Shown piece by piece: positions 30,447 through 41,577 of a stretch of 64,000 nucleotides of DNA; position 1 is the stretch's first letter, and the number at the start of each line of letters is the position of its first letter. Origin of the DNA: Aureliella sp. GTDB taxonomy: Bacteria > Planctomycetota > Planctomycetia > Pirellulales > Pirellulaceae. The notes below the pieces were generated by a model that saw nothing but the letters and a program-made list of their open reading frames with translations, had not been told where the DNA came from and searched no databases. The DNA lies in NCBI GenBank assembly GCA_963691875.1, contig OY829846.1, positions 4,128,001 to 4,192,000 of the forward strand, read 5' to 3'. The position numbers were made by a program, and so were the translations under genes.

Positions 30447-30758
30447 CTATCATTTTATTGTGGGATTCGCCGGGATTCCTTGCCGCTAGATTCGCTAGTT
30501 CGGTGTCATGCGCTTGCACTGCAGGCGGACCGTCTTTCTCGTGTTCGAAATTCGGTATTCACTTTTCAGGTGGGTGCCGAAATTCTCGACGACTGCCGGC
30601 ACTGGTGAGCCGACAGGCTAATTCGTTGTGGGAGCTATGTTCCCAGACTCATGATTCCGCCCACTGCACCTGGATTTCTCACGAAATCCAAGCCGGACAG
30701 CCTCTTTACCTTGAACTATGATGGTGCAAATCTTGCACCATCCTCAAGGAGGCACATC

Positions 30759-33700
30759 ATGCTTTCGAAGGCTTGGCCAACGGCCTTGAATTCCACCCTA
30801 GCGATTTTTGCGACTGCAGTTTTTACTTACCCCAGCGTCTGTTCTGCGCAGCCTGAGACTGACGGCAGCGGATTCCTAGAGGCTCTCTCTGGACTCGAGT
30901 ACCGTTCGATCGGTCCTTACCGAGGAGGAAGGTCTGCAGCTTGCACCGGTGTTCCAGGCAGTCCGATGACTTACTACTTTGGAGCGGCTGGCGGTGGAGT
31001 CTGGAAGACTGAAGACGGTGGCTCTAATTGGAAGTGCGTTTCTGACGGCTTCTTCGGCGGCTCGATCGGCTCTGTTGCAGTAGCGGAATCCAATCCAAAC
31101 ATCGTCTACGTCGGTGGTGGTGAAGTCACGGTGCGAGGAAATGTTTCGCACGGCAATGGCATGTGGAAGTCCATCGATGCGGGCAAGACCTGGAAGCAGA
31201 TTGGGTTAGACGACTCGCACTGCATTCCGCGTTTGAGAATAGACCCTAGCGATCCGAATACGGTATATGCAGCAGTTCTCGGGCATCTCTACGGCCCCAA
31301 CCAAGAACGTGGTGTCTACAAGTCCACGGATGGAGGCGAAACTTGGAAACGTATTCTGTTCGTGAATGACGAAGTCGGTGCTGTCGATTTGGTCATGGAC
31401 CCAAGTAACTCTCGCACGCTCTACGCTGCGACTTGGCGCGTTCTGCGAACTTCTTACAGCCTGGAAAGCGGTGGTGAAGGATCGGGACTTTGGAAGAGTG
31501 AAGATGCGGGTGAAACCTGGTCGGAAATCTCCCGCACAACAGGATTACCGAAAGGCACTCTCGGCATCATTGGTGTTACCGTCTCACCTGTGAACCCAAA
31601 TCGTGTCTGGACGATCATCGAAGCTGCCGATGGTGGCGTTTTCCGATCAGACAACGCTGGCGAGAGCTGGACGAAAGTCAACGACGAACGCAAGTTGCGT
31701 CAACGCGCTTGGTACTACACACGTATTTACGCTGGCACGCAGGATATTGATGAAGTCTACGTATTGAACGTAAGTTTTCATCGCTCGACCGATGGCGGCA
31801 AGACCTATTCTTCCATTCGAACACCTCATGGCGATCACCATGATCTGTGGATTGCACCGGATGACAGTGATCGTATGATCATCGCCGATGACGGCGGCGG
31901 ACAAGTCAGCTTCGATCACGGTGAGAATTTTTCGACTTATTACAACCAGCCGACAGCCCAGTTTTATCGTGTCACGACGGATAATCACTTTCCGTATCGG
32001 ATCTACGGCGCTCAGCAAGATAATTCGACGGTGCGAATCTACCATCGCACTGGCACAGGGAGCATCAGCGAATCTGCTTGGGAATCCACCGCAGGTGGCG
32101 AGAGTGGTCATATTGCCCCAGATCCAACCAATCCTGAGATCGTCTACGGCGGGTCCTACGGCGGATATCTAACTCGATTAAATCACACGACAGGCGAGAG
32201 CCGCAACATTCACGTTTGGCCCGACAACCCGATGGGCAGCGGGGCTGGGGCGAACAAGTATCGCTTTCAATGGAACTTCCCGATCTTCTTCTCGCCGCAC
32301 GATCCGAAGACGTTGTACACGGCGGCCAACGTCTTGTTCAAGACGACCGACGAAGGACAGAGCTGGCAACAGATCAGTCCCGATCTCACTCGCAACGAAC
32401 GCAAGCGATTGGGCTCTTCCGGCGGACCGATCACTCAGGACAACACCAGCGTCGAGTACTACTGCACGATATTCGCCGCTATCGAATCACCTCACGAAGC
32501 AGGAGTGCTTTGGACCGGCAGTGACGATGGCTTGATTCAGATTTCTAAAGACAGTGGCAAGACTTGGAGTGATGTCACTCCAACCGATCTTCCCGAGTGG
32601 AGTCAAATCAATTCCATCGAAGCCCACCCCACTGAAGCGGGCGGACTGTACGTCGCTGCGACTCGCTACAAGAGCGATGACTTCAAACCTTACTTGTTCA
32701 AGACACTCGACTACGGCAAGACCTGGACCAAGATCACCAGCGGAATTGATCCCAAGCACTTCACACGCGTGATTCGTGCGGATGCTGGGCGTGAAGGTCT
32801 GCTGTATGCAGGCACAGAGTCTGGCATGTACGTCTCATTCAACGATGGCGAATCTTGGCAGCCGTTTCAGTTGAATCTACCCGTCGTGCCAATTACCGAT
32901 CTGGCGATCAAGGATGACGATCTGATCGTTGCTACCCAAGGGCGCTCGTTCTGGATCCTCGATGATCTCACTCTGTTGCATCAAATGAACGAAGGCTTGC
33001 TGGAAAAATCGGTTCACTTGTTTGAGGCATCGCCCACCATTCGAGTTCGCGGTCGCTTCGGTCGCGGTGGTACGAATCCATCCGGCCAAGGCATCCGTCC
33101 GGGTGCAAACTTTTTCTTGATGGTGAACGAGTTACCCAAGAAGGACGTGTTGATGACCCTGGATTTCCTTGATGCAGATGGGAAGCTTGTTCGTCGCTAC
33201 TCGACCAAACCTGCAAAGGAATCTGAAGAGCGCCCCTTGAAGCTAAAGGAAGGATTGAATTCGTTCAATTGGGACACTCGCTATCCCGACGCGAAGTCCT
33301 TTCCTGGATTGGTGATGTGGAGTGGTAGCACGCGTGGACCTCGAGCGGCTCCTGGCACGTACCAAACGAAGCTGACGATCGGTGAAGAGAGCCAAGTCGT
33401 AGAATTTGAGATCCAGCCCGATCCACGAACGACGGCGACTCAGGAAGATTTCGATCTGCAGTTCCAGTTCTTGATGGAAGTTCGCGACAAGCTATCGGAA
33501 ACGCACGAAGCGATTACTCAGATTCGTGACCTTCGAACTCAAATTGAGATCTACACCAAAAGATTGATGAAGGGTTCGGAGAAAGCGAAAGGCAAGGGCT
33601 TTCCGAAGCTTCTCGAGCAGGCTGATTCAATCGTCAAGCAAATGACGGAGATCGAACAAGTTCTCTATCAAACCAAGAATCGCAGCGGTCAAGATCCATT

Positions 33701-33920
33701 AAACTTCCCGATACGTCTGAACGACAAGTTGAGCGGTGTTGCCAGTGTCGCATCGACAGGTGACTTCCGTCCGACGGCTCAAGCTATCGCGGTTCGCAAT
33801 GAACTAGTCAAGCAGATCGACGAGCAACTGAAGAAGCTGGAAACGATAGTCAATAAAGACGTTCGAGCTCTCAATGAGGCAATTTTGAAGAGCCAAGTGC
33901 CAGCGATTTTTGTGGACTAG
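30759..33920 (+). CDS. secreted VPS10/BNR (Asp-box) repeat glycosyl hydrolase-like protein
   Basis: AGGAGG RBS at 30747, signal peptide, RSIGPYRGGRS and many S.DGG.TW Asp-box repeats. Confidence 0.9.
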   Translation: MLSKAWPTALNSTLAIFATAVFTYPSVCSAQPETDGSGFLEALSGLEYRSIGPYRGGRSAACTGVPGSPMTYYFGAAGGGVWKTEDGGSNWKCVSDGFFGGSIGSVAVAESNPNIVYVGGGEVTVRGNVSHGNGMWKSIDAGKTWKQIGLDDSHCIPRLRIDPSDPNTVYAAVLGHLYGPNQERGVYKSTDGGETWKRILFVNDEVGAVDLVMDPSNSRTLYAATWRVLRTSYSLESGGEGSGLWKSEDAGETWSEISRTTGLPKGTLGIIGVTVSPVNPNRVWTIIEAADGGVFRSDNAGESWTKVNDERKLRQRAWYYTRIYAGTQDIDEVYVLNVSFHRSTDGGKTYSSIRTPHGDHHDLWIAPDDSDRMIIADDGGGQVSFDHGENFSTYYNQPTAQFYRVTTDNHFPYRIYGAQQDNSTVRIYHRTGTGSISESAWESTAGGESGHIAPDPTNPEIVYGGSYGGYLTRLNHTTGESRNIHVWPDNPMGSGAGANKYRFQWNFPIFFSPHDPKTLYTAANVLFKTTDEGQSWQQISPDLTRNERKRLGSSGGPITQDNTSVEYYCTIFAAIESPHEAGVLWTGSDDGLIQISKDSGKTWSDVTPTDLPEWSQINSIEAHPTEAGGLYVAATRYKSDDFKPYLFKTLDYGKTWTKITSGIDPKHFTRVIRADAGREGLLYAGTESGMYVSFNDGESWQPFQLNLPVVPITDLAIKDDDLIVATQGRSFWILDDLTLLHQMNEGLLEKSVHLFEASPTIRVRGRFGRGGTNPSGQGIRPGANFFLMVNELPKKDVLMTLDFLDADGKLVRRYSTKPAKESEERPLKLKEGLNSFNWDTRYPDAKSFPGLVMWSGSTRGPRAAPGTYQTKLTIGEESQVVEFEIQPDPRTTATQEDFDLQFQFLMEVRDKLSETHEAITQIRDLRTQIEIYTKRLMKGSEKAKGKGFPKLLEQADSIVKQMTEIEQVLYQTKNRSGQDPLNFPIRLNDKLSGVASVASTGDFRPTAQAIAVRNELVKQIDEQLKKLETIVNKDVRALNEAILKSQVPAIFVD

Positions 33921-34043
33921 CTTCATAATTGGAATGCAGGCTTTGGGCTGCTTGGCTTCGGATCGTCAAAGTAAGCCGGCGGCTGCGGCAGCGGCTGGGC
34001 GTGAAAAAATCCAGCCTAGCCGAATCGAATCCAGTGAAGGCTG

Positions 34044-35801
34044 CTACTTTGCCGCTTTCTTTAGGTGTTCCGCGGCCCACTCCGCAGCAACACCGATCTC
34101 GGTGGGTTCTCCAACGACTTCAGGGAAGTCGTTGATGAGGTCTACTGTTCCTATTCGGCTAATGCTAATCGCAGAAGCATATCGAACGGTGTCTGCCTCA
34201 GGGTTGAGCCCGTCATCAGTTAAGCGTTTGACTAATGCGGCTGCGAGCTTAGCGTTTTTCTCCTGCTCCCAGATTAAGCCCAGAGCGTAGACGGCACTGG
34301 TGCGTGTGATGGTCCGCATTTTTTGGTCGTTCTTGGGAACATAGAGTTCAAACATTCCGCTGGCGGTTTTGTAGCGGTTGACGCCAAGTGCTTCGAAGAG
34401 AAAAGAAGCAGCAAGCACTTGAGGAAAAGTCAAAGGGTCTTCGCGGCGAATGCGTTCTGTGAAACTTTGGCAGTATTTAAGAATCGAATCAAGCGACTCG
34501 GGTGTTTGATCCAGCTCTTGCATGGCCCAAGAGGCCCAGAGACGGACTTCAGGCCGAGGGTGATCCAGAAACTGCAGTAGAGAGTCAACGCGACTACTGT
34601 CGTTCAGAAACAGGCAAAGCCGAATTGCCTGTTCGATTCCTTCCCAGCGATCCGATTTCAAGTGATGCGATACGATTTCGTCAACAGTTTCGCGCAGCCC
34701 TGGATTCTGAGACTTCTCTTCAAGCTGCAAACGCGCCTGTTCGCGGATTGATGGAATCGAATCGCTCATTGCGATGGCTTGTCGATTCACATGCTTGATT
34801 GTGTCGGACTGCTGAAGAGTACCGAGCGCCGCACGCCGTATCTCGGCTTGTGGGTCTTCAATGAGATCCGCAGCCAACGTTAAGCCTCGTTCTTGATCGG
34901 CGGCGGCAATGATTCGGAAGGCGACTAAACGGGCGGGCTTCGACTTGCCACTGAGGATTGACTCAGCGATCGAAGTTGCATTGGGTGATCGATGTTTGGC
35001 GAGAATGTTTGCCGCCAGCAGATCACCAAGGCCAGAATTTTCTCGAATGTCGAAGGCAGACGCCTCAAGCCCTTCGGAGATGACGTTTCCAAGTGCTTTT
35101 GCACTCGCAAGCCTTATTGGCAAAGGTGTTCCGTTGCCAAATAAGATGTTCTCTAACACGACTTTATCGGTACTGTCACCAGTGGCGCCAATTCCATCAA
35201 TCGCGGTAAGCTGGTCCGTTAGATCGCCACTTTTGCTCTTAAGTCTCTCGCGCCAGCGCTGAAGAGCTACTTTGCTTTTCCATTTCACCAGAGTTGGCTC
35301 GGCTGCTCGACTTAGCATCGAGTCTGTTTCAACCTTACTCCAGACAGACTCTGCCTCATCCAAACCTTCGGTCAGCGTAGTAGCGGCGGAGAGAGCCGCA
35401 AGCCTGGCGGGACGAGGAATTTGGCCCTGCATCCAGCTATCCAGTTGCTGCAGTACGACTTCGAGGGCTTCCGAGCGATTCTGAAAACCAAACTTTGCGT
35501 CAAGCACAATTTGTTGCATCCTGGCAACGCTCTGCTCCATGTCTTCTGATAGGATGGCTTCTAAGTCAATGCGTCTTGGGCCTCGCCCAAATGGAATGCC
35601 CCACAATACACCGGTGTTCGGATCCACTTCCCAACGGCTTTGTAGAGGTCTTGTAGGAGTTTGCTTGTTAGTCGCAATATTTTGAGCAAAGACTCGCTCT
35701 ACGCTCGGAATCAAAGCTGTAGCGAACAGGACGACCGACAGCATACGTCCTGAGGCTGAAAGTAACTTTCGTTGATGGAGAGATGCCTGCATCGAATTCA
35801 C
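34044..35801 (-). CDS. HEAT-repeat protein, probably exported
   Basis: Repeated DP..EIRRAAL, D..PSIREQA, DHPRPEVR and VRYASA motifs, plus an N-terminal hydrophobic segment. Confidence 0.72.
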   Translation of the reverse strand: MNSMQASLHQRKLLSASGRMLSVVLFATALIPSVERVFAQNIATNKQTPTRPLQSRWEVDPNTGVLWGIPFGRGPRRIDLEAILSEDMEQSVARMQQIVLDAKFGFQNRSEALEVVLQQLDSWMQGQIPRPARLAALSAATTLTEGLDEAESVWSKVETDSMLSRAAEPTLVKWKSKVALQRWRERLKSKSGDLTDQLTAIDGIGATGDSTDKVVLENILFGNGTPLPIRLASAKALGNVISEGLEASAFDIRENSGLGDLLAANILAKHRSPNATSIAESILSGKSKPARLVAFRIIAAADQERGLTLAADLIEDPQAEIRRAALGTLQQSDTIKHVNRQAIAMSDSIPSIREQARLQLEEKSQNPGLRETVDEIVSHHLKSDRWEGIEQAIRLCLFLNDSSRVDSLLQFLDHPRPEVRLWASWAMQELDQTPESLDSILKYCQSFTERIRREDPLTFPQVLAASFLFEALGVNRYKTASGMFELYVPKNDQKMRTITRTSAVYALGLIWEQEKNAKLAAALVKRLTDDGLNPEADTVRYASAISISRIGTVDLINDFPEVVGEPTEIGVAAEWAAEHLKKAAK

Positions 35802-37463
35802 CTAATCCGGCTTGGTCATTCGCCAGATGCGAACGGAAAGTATGAGCATACAGCCGAGCGAAATTCCGCCACCGACCCACCAAGCAGCAGGTGTTAGGTT
35901 GTAGAGTTCGAATCCCGGTGAGTTCATCTCACTGAGAGCTGCTGCGGCAGGGTTAAAAGTCAGTACACGTTCGACGAAGATCGGCCCAAACGGCCGACCT
36001 CTGGCTAGCCATACCAACAAGGTGCCGGCAAAGATCGTGAGCAGGGTTCCGTAAGCGCTGGCGGTTGCCGCTGCGGTCGCTCTCGCAAACGAACTGATGC
36101 AAGCACTGATCGAAACCACCATCGCTACGGCCACCAGCAACGAGATGATGACGTTGCCAACTTGGCCGCTCATCGCCGGCTGAATGAAGCTCATCACTGC
36201 GTAACCAGGCACGGTCGCCAGCAGGACCAGCAGCATAGTCCAGACGACACTCATGACTTTGCCGATCATCACACGGATAGGAGAAATCGGAGTCGACCTG
36301 AGAATCTGCCACCCACCTGATTCGACCTCCGATGCAATTAAGTTTGCTCCAAGACTTGGACCCACCAAAAGCATCAAGGCTACTTGCATCAAGACCATCG
36401 GTCCTGCAATCTTGTCCACTCCCCAGTCGGTAGCGCCAACTGCAGCCAGCACAGTTAGCATGAGCGAGATGATTGCACAGATGGCGACCAAACGAATCAA
36501 CCAATGCAGACGGCCGAACTTTCGAGTTCGAAACTCCTTGACCATGATAGGGTTCAGCCAGAACGGAATTCCCGACTTGCGGCGATTCGGGTCAACCAAA
36601 TAGGCGATACGTCGCAGGAAGCTCTTCTTGGTGGTCACGCCAACTACTTTGCCGGTTGGTCGTGCGCGATCGAGCAGCACTGGATCTAATTTGCGGACAG
36701 TGACGATTGCCAAGGCTGCTGTTACGATCGCACTTAAAATGCAAAACTCGAACCAACCGGTTCGAATGCCAATGGAGGCTGCAACTGCTTCGTAGCCCGT
36801 AATCTGAAACAAAGCAGACATCGGGGAAGACGCTGTCATCCATCGCGCGACGGTTGCGTAAACCCCAGCAATATCTCCCGTCAGGACGATTGGCCCGAGT
36901 GACAACACCGTCAAAGCAAGAACAGCTGCGTAGGTCCAGCGTAAACTCGCATCGGAGGAGGTGGATCGCACGCTGATCCACAAACCAATCGCCGAGTATT
37001 GAACGGCCATGACGACCAGCACAATTGCGAGTGGTCCCAAGTGATCCTTGACCGATACTCCTCCCATCGCAAAACAAGCAGCCAGTGCTGGCATGCTGAC
37101 TGAGATCAGAATGAGCGAAAGAGTCACGTTGCTAAGTAACTTGCCGAGATAAATCTTCCAGGGTGTCGTCGGAGAGTTTAGCAGCAACGTCAGCGTTCCC
37201 TTCTTGCGTTCTGCGACAAGCGAAGTCGCGGGGAACGCCGGCACCAGCATCATGACGGCAAGCGTCAGTGCGAAAGCCAATGGCCGAAAGACTAGCATTG
37301 CACCTTGGCTAATCACATCCACTGTGTTGTCGGACGGCCAACGCAAGAGTACCAAACCACTACTGATGATTGCTACGGCCAGGATCGCGGCCAGCGTCTT
37401 CCAGGAACGCAGACGATCTAAAAGTTCACGTTGATAGAGCGGATTTTGCCAAAACAAGATCAT
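35802..37463 (-). CDS. ABC-2 type transporter permease (two repeated domains)
   Basis: NP...RE motif twice, ERKKGTL.LLL.SP and E.ESGGWQIL..TP motifs, about 12 TMs. Confidence 0.88.
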   Translation of the reverse strand: MILFWQNPLYQRELLDRLRSWKTLAAILAVAIISSGLVLLRWPSDNTVDVISQGAMLVFRPLAFALTLAVMMLVPAFPATSLVAERKKGTLTLLLNSPTTPWKIYLGKLLSNVTLSLILISVSMPALAACFAMGGVSVKDHLGPLAIVLVVMAVQYSAIGLWISVRSTSSDASLRWTYAAVLALTVLSLGPIVLTGDIAGVYATVARWMTASSPMSALFQITGYEAVAASIGIRTGWFEFCILSAIVTAALAIVTVRKLDPVLLDRARPTGKVVGVTTKKSFLRRIAYLVDPNRRKSGIPFWLNPIMVKEFRTRKFGRLHWLIRLVAICAIISLMLTVLAAVGATDWGVDKIAGPMVLMQVALMLLVGPSLGANLIASEVESGGWQILRSTPISPIRVMIGKVMSVVWTMLLVLLATVPGYAVMSFIQPAMSGQVGNVIISLLVAVAMVVSISACISSFARATAAATASAYGTLLTIFAGTLLVWLARGRPFGPIFVERVLTFNPAAAALSEMNSPGFELYNLTPAAWWVGGGISLGCMLILSVRIWRMTKPD

Positions 37464-37478
37464 TGCAATTCTCCGCTG

Positions 37479-38429
37479 TTACCCAGCCGCTACGGACAGG
37501 AAGGCATCTTCCAAGTCGCCAGCGACTTCACGAAACTGTGTCACGGAGATTTCAGATTGAACCAATTGCTGTAGGACTGCCGCAAGTTCCTCTTCAGTGT
37601 TAGAAGTGGGGAATCGCAGCACGCACTCTTGAGGCGACAGGGTCACTTTGTCGCGCTCGATCGTTTCCCCAATCAGATCAGCCGCCCTTTCCAAATCCTG
37701 ACTGTCCACTAACTCGACTTCGTAGCTTCGCACGGGACAAAGCTGACGCATCACCTCATCGAGCTCACCGAATGCCTTTAGCTTGCCTCCGGTGATGATG
37801 GCTACTGTGTCGCAGATACGTGCCAGCTCGGGAAGAATGTGACTTGTTACGATTAGCGTCTTTCCCTCTGCGGCCAAGCGAAGCAAGATCTCTCGCATCT
37901 CGATTCTTGCCTTGGGGTCCAAGCCGTTAGCTGGCTCATCGAGAATCAGGACTTGCGGATCATGCAACAAAGTCCGAGCTATTCCGACACGCTGTTGCAT
38001 CCCATGGCTCAAGCTCTCTACAAACTTGTCTTGCATGTAGCCGGAGTTGGTAACTTCGAGTACTTCTTCGATTCGCTGAGTGCGCTTCTTTCCGTAGATT
38101 CCAAATACGGCCGCGAAGAAATCTAAATACTCGCGCACTCGCATGTTGTCATAGGAACCGAAACGATCCGGCATGTAGCCAACCAAGTGCTTAATCTTGC
38201 CGGACTGCTGACTGCAGTCGACGCCAGCAATTGTGGCTCGTCCCGAAGTCGGCTTGGATAGTCCAACGAGAACTTTGATCGTCGTGGTCTTTCCGGCACC
38301 ATTGGGCCCGATGAAGCCCAAGATTTCCCCACGCTTCACATAAATAGACAGGTCCTCTAGTGCTGTGAATTCACCGTACCTTTTAGTCAAATTTTCGGTC
38401 TGAACGACTATTTCGTCACTGCTTGTCAT
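37479..38429 (-). CDS. ABC transporter ATP-binding protein
   Basis: GPNGAGKTT, LSHGMQQR, LILDEP and SHIL motifs. Start taken at MTSSDE. Confidence 0.95.
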   Translation of the reverse strand: MTSSDEIVVQTENLTKRYGEFTALEDLSIYVKRGEILGFIGPNGAGKTTTIKVLVGLSKPTSGRATIAGVDCSQQSGKIKHLVGYMPDRFGSYDNMRVREYLDFFAAVFGIYGKKRTQRIEEVLEVTNSGYMQDKFVESLSHGMQQRVGIARTLLHDPQVLILDEPANGLDPKARIEMREILLRLAAEGKTLIVTSHILPELARICDTVAIITGGKLKAFGELDEVMRQLCPVRSYEVELVDSQDLERAADLIGETIERDKVTLSPQECVLRFPTSNTEEELAAVLQQLVQSEISVTQFREVAGDLEDAFLSVAAG

Positions 38430-38493
38430 CAGTATTCTTTGCGAAAAGGATTCTTTTCGTGTGTTCGTTGTTGTATGAGCTGGCTTCTGGATT

Positions 38494-41004
38494 TTAGTCG
38501 GTGACCACTCGTCCACGATAGCTGGCTTCTAGATTGTTGACTTGCCAAGGAACCGAGCGGCTCGAACTTTGACCTTGCTTCAGATCTTTGCGGTCGCTGA
38601 CTTCAAGTACCAGATTCAGCATGCCATCCCTTGCAGCCTCAAGCACTCTTGGATCAGAAACACGAGCGCTCCAAGGTATCGAGGGCTCATTGAGGACTTG
38701 CGTGAACACCACTCCTTGTTCCGTCTCGATACGCAGTTGTACATCACGTTGCGGCGCCTCCATGTTCAGCATCAGGTCGAGATACTCGGCTTCGAAAGGT
38801 ACCAATTCCTTCGGCAACACAAGTTGCAGGTTGGCCGTGGCGGCGGAAGTCAGTTCACGAACCCACTCTCCAGTCTGACCATCAAAGGCTAAACTGCTTC
38901 CCAGGCGACTTTCATCATTCTGCAGTCGTACCAAGCCATGGGGTACGTCGATTAAGTCCTTTGGATTGGGACGCTGCAGCTCTACCGGCAAAGCAACAAG
39001 AGCCGAACCGCTTTCCTCAAGCTCCTTTGACCACTCAGGTGTTTCGGGCCAAATCTCAGTCCAGCCATACAGGACTTGTTCTAAGTATTGCTTGCGATCA
39101 CCGGGGGCAAAGAATTGCTTATATACTTCCAGCCGTCTTTGCTGTTCGGTCGAGATTAAAGTCCCTGCAATCCAGCGTCCATCTTTGGCAGTAAGGCTAG
39201 GGTCGACGCTGCGAGTCGCTCCCAAGCCACCGACTAACATCCGCCCTCCCAGGGTGTAGCTGAACACTGGATCTTCCAATGTGAAAGGTAACTCTGGCAG
39301 CTCAAGTCGCAGGCCACCGGAGTCAAGGATTGCTTTGACTTTGAGATCACCTGTCGGTACTCGAAACTGCGAGTTGTAGCGCCAGAATCCGGGCGGCCAA
39401 GTCGCATTGTTGAGTTGCCAATTCTGAAAACCAGTCTGTATTTGTCTTTGGACTCCGCTCTGTAGTTCTTCGTCGATTTGCACCGCTCCGTCCACCGAGC
39501 TGCTCAACTTCATCTGTCGGCCGGCCTTGAGATAGACAGCTGCTTGTTCGCGGACTATGGCTGACGCACCATCTTCTGCGACTTGGACTAATTGCAAACG
39601 CGAGACCGATTCTGGCTGATCCAGCCGAGTAAAACTGGTTGCAAGAATCATTCCGCCACTGAAAACAATAGCTAATGTCGGAATAGCAATTCCGATCGTT
39701 CGCAGGTCGCCTGCTCGCCAGCGCCAAACTCCCAGCACTAGAAGTAATAGACAGAAAATGGATAGTCCGGTTGCAATCCATTCTTTGGAAACAACGCGAC
39801 TTCCCATCAAGTCCAAGGGATAGGATGTTTCTGCATCAAGCGGCAACTTGCGAGTAGGCACATTGACTTCGAGCGCTAGTCGGCTCGCCCAGATCCGACT
39901 CGCGAAAGCTGATACTCCCATCGAATTTCCGCCCGGGTCGTTCGCCAGATCACGTGGTTCTACCCAAGCCGCGGGATCCAGCGTAGTCAACAAGATTTCG
40001 CCATACCCAAGGGACATCCAAATCGCGGCGGGCCATCCATCCACCTTGTGTGTCACCGTACCACCGCTCTGCAAGATACGTCGCATACGCAGAGGCTCTT
40101 CGGAACTCACAATTCGATCGCTTTCCGCGATCTGTGTCGAATCCCCGGTAACAGATACTGTAAAGTCTTGCAGGTCAACACCATCCACTTCTTCGCAAAG
40201 TTGGTTTGTGCCAAGCAAGGGACGAATCGCTGTGGGGGAAACTCGATCCAGCATCACCCAGAGCTTTCCACCCGCTTCCACAAAAGATCGGAGTGAGTCG
40301 ACAAATGCCAGATCTTGCAACTTGGATTCATCAGCTACCACGGCACTTTTCAATACCGACCAGTCGAATTGATGAATCGGTAATGGGCTTGAGCCCATAT
40401 TGGCGACTCGTCGCGGTGTGCCCGAGTCAATTCTCGTTGCAATCGCCCACTCGTAGCTCATTAAAGGATGAGACTGAGGCCAATACCAGCTCGGAACTGG
40501 CAACTCTTCTTCATCCATGAAAAATGCTGCAAAGTTTGCTTCCTTCTCGACGTCCAGAGTGAATCTGTACTCGGCAAGCTGACCAGCTCCTTGAATCATC
40601 TCAGTTCCGCTTGAGTCTTCGTAGAGTCGCGTGACGATGTCGACCGATTCCTGGTTTGCGACTGTTTGGGGGATGTTGAGAAACAGATCGACGTCGCGAG
40701 ACTGCCCAGGCTCCAACGCTAATCGCCTCGCGCCTTGACGATCCGGAATCCCATCGACAATTGCAACGATTATCCCTTCACCACGACTTTTTGTCGGATT
40801 CGAAACCTTCGCTTGAATGAGCAAAACTGCCCCAGGGATAATGCGGCTGTGTGCCAAGCGATTAACACCTTCGAGCTTCAGCCCCTGTGCACTCGCATCT
40901 GGAGATAGAGAGCAAATAGACAGAACAGCACAAAGCAGCGTAATTGGATTGCACTGCCCGAAAGAAGGGGCCGAAGTTGCGAAGCTCGTGTTCACAATAA
41001 TCAA
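38494..41004 (-). CDS. large hypothetical membrane protein in the ABC operon
   Basis: 836 aa, GAGGAG RBS before a TTG start, signal-like N-terminus and two central TMs. Confidence 0.75.
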   Translation of the reverse strand: MIIVNTSFATSAPSFGQCNPITLLCAVLSICSLSPDASAQGLKLEGVNRLAHSRIIPGAVLLIQAKVSNPTKSRGEGIIVAIVDGIPDRQGARRLALEPGQSRDVDLFLNIPQTVANQESVDIVTRLYEDSSGTEMIQGAGQLAEYRFTLDVEKEANFAAFFMDEEELPVPSWYWPQSHPLMSYEWAIATRIDSGTPRRVANMGSSPLPIHQFDWSVLKSAVVADESKLQDLAFVDSLRSFVEAGGKLWVMLDRVSPTAIRPLLGTNQLCEEVDGVDLQDFTVSVTGDSTQIAESDRIVSSEEPLRMRRILQSGGTVTHKVDGWPAAIWMSLGYGEILLTTLDPAAWVEPRDLANDPGGNSMGVSAFASRIWASRLALEVNVPTRKLPLDAETSYPLDLMGSRVVSKEWIATGLSIFCLLLLVLGVWRWRAGDLRTIGIAIPTLAIVFSGGMILATSFTRLDQPESVSRLQLVQVAEDGASAIVREQAAVYLKAGRQMKLSSSVDGAVQIDEELQSGVQRQIQTGFQNWQLNNATWPPGFWRYNSQFRVPTGDLKVKAILDSGGLRLELPELPFTLEDPVFSYTLGGRMLVGGLGATRSVDPSLTAKDGRWIAGTLISTEQQRRLEVYKQFFAPGDRKQYLEQVLYGWTEIWPETPEWSKELEESGSALVALPVELQRPNPKDLIDVPHGLVRLQNDESRLGSSLAFDGQTGEWVRELTSAATANLQLVLPKELVPFEAEYLDLMLNMEAPQRDVQLRIETEQGVVFTQVLNEPSIPWSARVSDPRVLEAARDGMLNLVLEVSDRKDLKQGQSSSRSVPWQVNNLEASYRGRVVTD

Positions 41005-41577
41005 AATGACTCCTCAGGGACCGCAAAAAGAGCCATCAGCCTAGGCCCCTGAGTAGCCAAAGTCCAGAGTACTCAACAAAGTGTTGTAAACGCTTGAATT
41101 TGGCGGTCGCAAACTTTGGTCGATCCTCCGGTGGTGTCAGGCCATACTGAATTTTATTATGGCTGGATTTACCAGGGTTCACCCGCCACAGAGTTGCCAA
41201 GTGCTGGTAGGAAAATGCAGCCAGGTCATTGGATACTTTTGTTGCACTTCGTCCGCTATCCCTTAGCACTCGGATCACGCAGAGACAAGAAGGCAGCCTG
41301 TGTGGCTTCGGTCTCTCTTCGGTGGCTTCGTGTCCTAATGCGCCACCCACTCGTCTTTTACCGAAGACGACGGTAGTAAGGGATCAACGGCCAGTGGAAT
41401 CCACTGAAGCTAGCTTTCGAAGCCAACCTTCTTGTTCGATATTACATTGTTGCAAACATGAGAAACATCCTGAGAGATCGAAGGTTACTTAGGTCTGTGA
41501 GTGGTGGCCTACTTGCGGGTGAACCAGAATGCAAATTGGATTCCAGTTCCTGCTGACTCTTTCGTAGCGACATCACA

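Noticed and set aside
19892..30643. Shared 13-mer ggagctatgttcc near 19892 and at 30631
   Set aside because: Only two short copies with weak flanking similarity, so chance or an eroded repeat cannot be excluded.
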